A stretch of DNA of 53,110 nt, taken from positions 5,375,417 to 5,428,526 of the forward strand of contig NC_069004.1 of NCBI RefSeq assembly GCF_001194135.2, read 5' to 3'. Positions within the stretch are counted from its first letter, which is position 1; every line of letters begins with the position of its first letter. A model generated the notes under the pieces. The model was given only the letters and a program-made list of their open reading frames with translations, searched no databases and was not told the origin of the DNA. Positions 46,998 through 53,110 of the stretch are shown here, piece by piece. This DNA is from Octopus bimaculoides. Lineage: Eukaryota. A program made the position numbers and the translations under genes.

Positions 46998-47404
46998 GAT
47001 GGGCTTCTTTCAGTTTCTTATTTCTTTATTGCCCCCAGGGGGCTAAACATAGAGGGGACAAACAAGGACAGACAAAGAGATTAAGTCGATTACATCGACT
47101 CTAGTGCATAACTGGTACTTAATTTATCGACCCCGAAAGGATGAAAAGCAAAGTCAACCTCGGTGGAATTTGAACTCAGAACGTCACGGCAGACGAAATA
47201 TTGCTAAGCATTTTGCCCAGCGTGCTAACGTTTCTGCCAGCTTGCCACCTTTCAGGGCTTCTTTCAGTTTCCGTCTACCAAATCCACTCACAAGGCTTTG
47301 GTCAGCCTGTGGCTTATAGTAGAAGACACTTTCCCAAGGTGCCATGCAGTAGGACTGAACCCAGAACCATGTGGTTGGGAAGCAAGCTTTTTATCTCCTG
47401 CGCC
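46770..47404 (-). mobile_element. SINE family B interrupted by a family C SINE at 47018-47249
   Basis: 17-bp duplication GGGCTTCTTTCAGTTTC at 47001-47017 and 47255-47271. Confidence 0.9.
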
Positions 47405-48220
47405 TATGTTGAACTTGAGCAACAAACTACTTTTTATTTTCTTTTTTCCCTTTCATAATTACCAAATTAATCTCCCCGTTACAGACACATTAAATAACGT
47501 AGTTCAAGATACACTATGTCTAAAATTAGACAGGATGGTCATGGCTTGAATATTTTCAATGATAGGTCAACAGGATCAAATCTGACAGGGAACTGACCAA
47601 CAGTGAGAACAAATGTAAAAGCAGTGACATAGTTTAAGACGACAATTAAATCAACTCTCGTTATGAATAAATTTTTTTAAAGTAAAAGAAGTAAACAAAA
47701 TAAAAACAAAATGAAACAAGTTTAACAAGGATAATTAAACAAAAGTTTATTATGTTACAGCAAACTTTAATGATATTAATTAGTTGGTAATTAACTTAGC
47801 GAAGTTCATAAATTTGAATGAGGTTTTATTTTATTAAGAAAATCTTGATCATTTATTTCCCTCCCTCTCTCTCTCTCTTCCTCCTCTGTTTTATTTTCTC
47901 CTTTTCCTCTCTCCCTCCTCCTCATCTTGACTCTCCCCCCATCTCTAAGATGAAAGGTTAATGTTCGAACTGTCAGTAACCTTGTCTCCCCACTGCAAGC
48001 AATAAACTTCACCGAATTCACAAACTCTTCAGGATATAATCGCCACCAACATAGATCACTGCTAGATTCCTCACTGGACTTAGACATATATTTATTTTTA
48101 TATTTTGAGAATTAGGTAATTAAAAACGGGGGAAAAAAAAAGTAAAAATGAAAAACAAAGGCTAGTCCATCGATGAGTGTGTATATGTATATATATGTAT
48201 ATATATTATATATATATGTA

Positions 48221-48292
<72 letters not shown>

Positions 48293-48329
48293 TGTATGTA
48301 TAGTGAGAATTTACAAAAAAGCAGAAGAT

Positions 48330-48485
48330 GAAGATGGGTATGTAAACAACAAGCAGATGCATTAGTTTAATGGTCAGGAAGTGAGAAGCCTTTTACGTTT
48401 CGAGCAAATCTCTTCTTCGGAAATAGAGCAAAGTCCCAAAGAAGGGAAGCTGGAGAAAGAAAATCGCCAAGATACACATGTGGTA
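48330..48485 (-). mobile_element. Penelope-like repeat fragment with degenerate hammerhead core
   Basis: Reverse strand TTT-CCGAAGA-A-GAGATTTGCTC-GAAACGTA-AAA; homologous to 2209-2304. Confidence 0.55.
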
Positions 48486-48747
48486 TATATATATAACCCA
48501 TGCCAGCATGGAAAGCGGACGTTAAACGATGATGATGATATATATATATGTGTGTGTGTGTGTGTGTATACATACACATATATGTAAAGATAAGATCAAA
48601 GTGTAGGAAGTTAGTAAGTTTTGAGCAGTAGAAGCTTACAAGCCTTATAGAAGGTATAAAAAGCAACTTTGAGGAACAGTAGTGATAAATTTTTCCCATA
48701 TTGAAGTTCGATAAACTGAAAAATTAAATGAAGAATTAAGTAATTAA

Positions 48748-48947
48748 CCCTTTCGTTAACTTATATCTGTTAAAAATACACTCTCTTTGTTTCAATTAAT
48801 TTTGAAAATAATGAAGACTTCAAGAAAATAATTTTAACATTAATAATATGGTCTTCTTTTGAAACGTTAATTAACATGATGTTTTAATGGAAAATTTTAA
48901 TTTAGATCATAGAACCAAAGGTGGTCTTAAACATGGTATTAAGAGGG
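48748..48947. mobile_element. piggyBac-like MITE
   Basis: TTAA|CCCTTT...AAGAGGG|CTAA ends (one mutated TTAA), AT-rich interior, second copy at 28480-28665. Confidence 0.65.
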
Positions 48948-49252
48948 CTAATGAGACAACAAACATCATAAAATAATTAGACAAAATGGAGGAGTATATA
49001 AACGATAAAAAGTCAGGAGATATGAGAGATGAAGATATTTATTTAAGAGCTTGACATCCTTAGGGTTACAGCTGTTTCGCAGTCTTGTTCATGTAGTAAT
49101 AATTTCAATGTGGACATAAATTATGTTTATATGTTTGCGTTAATATGCATGTTGTGCATTATGCAATGCAATTGTATATTTACAAATCAGTAAAAATAAA
49201 GAAAGCTTGCACATCGGATCACCGGAATATCATGGTTACACCAACAATCCAA

Positions 49253-49326
<74 letters not shown>

Positions 49327-49329
<3 letters not shown>

Positions 49330-49992
49330 CATCATCATCATCATTTAACGTCTGCTTTCCATGCTGGCATGGGTTGGATGATTTAACTGAGGACTGGTGA
49401 ACCAGAGGCTGCACCAGGCTAAATCTGATCTGGCAAAGTTTCTACAGCTGGATGCCCTTCCTAATGCCAACCACTCCGAGAGTGTAATGGGTGCTTTTAC
49501 CTGACACCGGCATGGGTGCCATTTGCATGACACTGGTATCTGCCACAACTGCGATTTTGCTCATCTTGATGGGTTTTCTTCTCAAGCATGACATAACGCC
49601 AAAGGTCTTGGTCATTGCCCTCGTGAGGCCCAACACTCAAAAGGAACTCGACCACTTTGCCTCTGTAAGGCCCAACACTCGATAGGAACTCAGCCACTTT
49701 GCCTCCATGTGGCCCAACACTCGAAAGGGACTCAGCCACCTTGCCTCCATCAGGCCCAATGCTCAAAAGGAATTCTGTCACTTGTGAGGCCCAACGTTCA
49801 CAGATAGATTTTTTTTTTACGTGCCACCAGCATGGGTGCACTTGGCTTGGTGGGTCCTCCTAAGCAGGGCACATCATCAAAGGTCTTGGTCACTAGTCAT
49901 TGCCTCTGTGAGGTTCGAAGATCATGCTTCAACACCTCATCCCATGTCTTCCTGGGTCTACCTCTACCACAGGTTCCCTCCAGAGTTAGCTG
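49327..49992 (-). mobile_element. RTE LINE 3' portion: ORF end, 42-bp tandem repeats, family A 3' end and tail
   Basis: LTLEGTCGRGRPRKTWDEVLKHDLRT..EAMTSDQDL at 49850-49992 and DQDLWRYVMLEKKT near 49575-49620; about 3.5 copies of a 42-bp unit at 49625-49775. Confidence 0.88.
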
Positions 49993-49999
49993 ACCTCAT

Positions 50000-50083
<84 letters not shown>

Positions 50084-50084
50084 T

Positions 50085-50262
50085 CTTTTATTCTTTTACT
50101 TGTTTCAGTCATGTGATTTCGGCCATGCTGGAGCACTGCCTTTAGTCAGGCAAATCGACCCCAGGACTTATTTCTTTGTAAGCTTAGTACTTATTTTATC
50201 GATCTATTTTGCTGAACCACTTAGTTAAGGGGATGTAAACACACCAGCATCGGTTGTCAAGA
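50085..50262 (-). mobile_element. SINE tail module D
   Basis: cttgtttcagtcatgtg...ggccatgctggagcactgcc...acaccagcatcggttgtcaag. Confidence 0.85.
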
Positions 50263-50519
50263 AGTGTGTGAATCTGGGAGGGGAATGCGTTGAATAAAAT
50301 AATAATTAACAGATCCTCTTGTATTTTCTTTTACCCAAAGCCAGGTATTTTTCAGGACTTCATTGTATATGATGGTCTTTTATGCAGTTAGTGTCCTGCT
50401 AATTCAATTCACAAGGTATTGATTGGCACAAGGTGCTACATGGCGAGATTGAACTCTGAACCATGTGGTTATGAAGGGATGCCTGTTTCCACTCAGCCAT
50501 ATTTGCACTTCACTCACTC

Positions 50520-50734
50520 ATGCTTTCTTTCTGTTTCTGTCTGTCTGTCTCTCTCACTCCACACACGCACACACATAAAGAAAGAGATGTGAGTGAGTGA
50601 GAGAGAGAGAGATAGAGAGAGAGTTGTGCACATATGTATGTGTGTGTATATGCATATATGCTTGAGTGTGTATATGTGTGTATAACTGCATATATGCATG
50701 TGCATGTGTGTATATATATGCAAGTGTATATATT

Positions 50735-50806
<72 letters not shown>

Positions 50807-50978
50807 AACACCATTACCTCACACCCTAAGCTACATCACACCACATCATCATTGCACATTCACCTACTTAAGCACCTGTCCAGACAAGGTAACATTTAAC
50901 TCACCTTTAATATATGTCAAGTTTTTGTAAACATTTTCCACAATTTTCAATGAAAATATTTTCAAATTCTCCGTTAGT

Positions 50979-51022
<44 letters not shown>

Positions 51023-51190
51023 CAGGTATACATATACACAGGCATGTATGTATTCATACACACACACAGACATACATGCACACAGATACAGACATACGCA
51101 TGGATACTGGCATACACCTACACATTTACATACACACATACAGACATCGGTATGCACACATACTTCCAGCCACGTACACACTCTCTCATT
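50520..51190. repeat. Compound (TG)/(CA)/(GA)/(TA) microsatellites
   Basis: Directly visible. Confidence 0.9.
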
Positions 51191-51374
51191 CACATACATT
51201 CACACTCTTGCAGATGGACAGTCTACTTTACAGAGCAGGTGGCAAATTCCCCACAGTCTGTAGTCTTGGCACCTAGGAGCACAGGTTCAATACCTGGTGG
51301 CAGCTATTTTATGGATTGGCTGAAATAATTGAAGAAGTAGGAAGTTAATCTGAGATGATGTAATTTGATCCTGC

Positions 51375-51731
51375 CAGGGCTGTGGAGTCAAAACGAAATG
51401 TATTGACTCTGACTCCTCTGTTGTTGGCACATCCGACTCTGACTCCTCTTTATGTAATTAAGTGATTGTGGTCTACATATCTCATAAAGCATATGCATAC
51501 GCTTGTGCTTTGAGTCGGCCTACGTGTCATAAATGGTTTATATTAAAGAATAAAGACTTCGTGAGTCGGAGTCAGTATAGTTTTACCGATTCTGGCTCTG
51601 ACTCCAACTACCCTTTAATTGTTTCCAACTCTTACTCCACAACTCTGACTCCGCAACTCTGACTCCGCAACTCTGACTCCGCAACTCCGACTCCACGACT
51701 CCGACTCCACGACTCCGACTCCACAGCTTTG
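51375..51731. mobile_element. hAT-superfamily MITE (357 bp) with an 8-bp TSD
   Basis: TIRs CAGGGCTGTGGAGTC / GACTCCACAGCTTTG; perfect TSD GATCCTGC at 51367-51374 and 51732-51739; internal GACTCC/GGAGTC motifs and a 14-bp tandem array at about 51642-51723. Confidence 0.93.
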
Positions 51732-52634
51732 GATCCTGCACACATTAAATATTGTCTCTCCTCATCTACCTCATCTTTATCATTGTCGNNNNNNNNNNNN
51801 NNNNNNNNNNNNNNNNNNNNNNNNNNNNNNNNNNNNNNNNNNNNNNNNNNNNNNNNNNNNNNNNNNNNNNNNNNNNNNNNNNNNNNNNNNNNNNNNNNNN
51901 NNNNNNNNNNNNNNNNNNNNNNNNNNNNNNNNNNNNNNNNNNNNNNNNNNNNNNNNNNNNNNNNNNNNNNNNNNNNNNNNNNNNNNNNNNNNNNNNNNNN
52001 NNNNNNNNNNNNNNNNNNNNNNNNNNNNNNNNNNNNNNNNNNNNNNNNNNNNNNNNNNNNNNNNNNNNNNNNNNNNNNNNNNNNNNNNNNNNNNNNNNNN
52101 NNNNNNNNNNNNNNNNNNNNNNNNNNNNNNNNNNNNNNNNNNNNNNNNNNNNNNNNNNNNNNNNNNNNNNNNNNNNNNNNNNNNNNNNNNNNNNNNNNNN
52201 NNNNNNNNNNNNNNNNNNNNNNNNNNNNNNNNNNNNNNNNNNNNNNNNNNNNNNNNNNNNNNNNNNNNNNNNNNNNNNNNNNNNNNNNNNNNNNNNNNNN
52301 NNNNNNNNNNNNNNNNNNNNNNNNNNNNNNNNNNNNNNNNNNNNNNNNNNNNNNNNNNNNNNNNNNNNNNNNNNNNNNNNNNNNNNNNNNNNNNNNNNNN
52401 NNNNNNNNNNNNNNNNNNNNNNNNNNNNNNNNNNNNNNNNNNNNNNNNNNNNNNNNNNNNNNNNNNNNNNNNNNNNNNNNNNNNNNNNNNNNNNNNNNNN
52501 NNNNNNNNNNNNNNNNNNNNNNNNNNNNNNNNNNNNNNNNNNNNNNNNNNNNNNNNNNNNNNNNNNNNNNNNNNNNNNNNNNNNNNNNNNNNNNNNNNNN
52601 NNNNNNNNNNNNNNNNNNNNNNNNNNNNNNNNNN

Positions 52635-52687
<53 letters not shown>

Positions 52688-53043
52688 GTATTTCTATGTG
52701 TATATGAATACATATGTGTATGTGATGAAAAGGGAGACATAAGCTAATTCACATTATCTTTGCTAATGGCTAACAGAGGTGGTAGGTCTCCTCTCTGTGT
52801 GTGTGTATGTGTGTGTGTGTGTCTTTAATCTTCTTCCAAGTCTTAAACAAATTTATTTGATTCAACTCTTCAAAATTCCACTTCTATCTATCTGACTGTT
52901 TACTTGTCTGTCTGTGTGTCGACTTGACTGTATGTCTTCTTGTCTCTACTATCTATGACTATTTGTGTATCTGTCTGTCTGTCTGTCTATCTTTCTGCGT
53001 GTGTCTCTTTATGTTCCCTACCTCTCTCTCTCTTTCATTCACT

Positions 53044-53110
<67 letters not shown>

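Noticed and set aside
49625-49775. 14-aa repeat ORF (KVAEFLSSVGPHGG) as a repeat protein; also CRISPR-like periodicity
   Set aside because: It is a 42-bp tandem repeat inside a LINE 3' region with no unique spacers, in eukaryotic context
51642-51723. Regular short repeats as a CRISPR array
   Set aside because: Contiguous 14-bp units without spacers, inside a TSD-flanked MITE
1-53110. The great majority of supplied ORFs ([16 protein letters not shown], poly-H/N/I/V, X-filled)
   Set aside because: They are translations of microsatellites or run through N-gaps and have no protein-like content

Overview
AT-rich eukaryotic draft-assembly DNA with 14 N-gaps (about 4.3 kb in total). It is dominated by compound microsatellites and short interspersed repeats. 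The repeat repertoire ((GAT)n-tailed RTE-LINE 3' ends, several tRNA-headed SINE families) resembles what I know of coleoid cephalopod genomes, probably Octopus; this is inference from repeat recognition, not a database result. Almost all supplied ORFs are microsatellite or gap artefacts. No complete gene, rRNA, tRNA or CRISPR is supported. Real protein homology is limited to transposon relics: a 569-bp internally deleted Tc1 with ~42-bp TIRs (6230-6798), a mariner C-terminus (44067-44282) and three RTE ORF remnants. A hAT MITE with a perfect 8-bp TSD lies at 51375-51731. The best host-gene evidence is a pair of in-frame minus-strand exons with canonical splice sites (27067-27087, a 21-nt microexon, and 26845-26973) encoding an unidentified peptide. 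Most notable observations: degenerate minimal hammerhead cores in two Penelope-like repeats, a recursive-splice-like AG|GTAAGT site, a head-to-head TTAGGG/CCCTAA array, double-tailed fold-back RTE ends, and two SINE-in-SINE insertions at the identical nucleotide.
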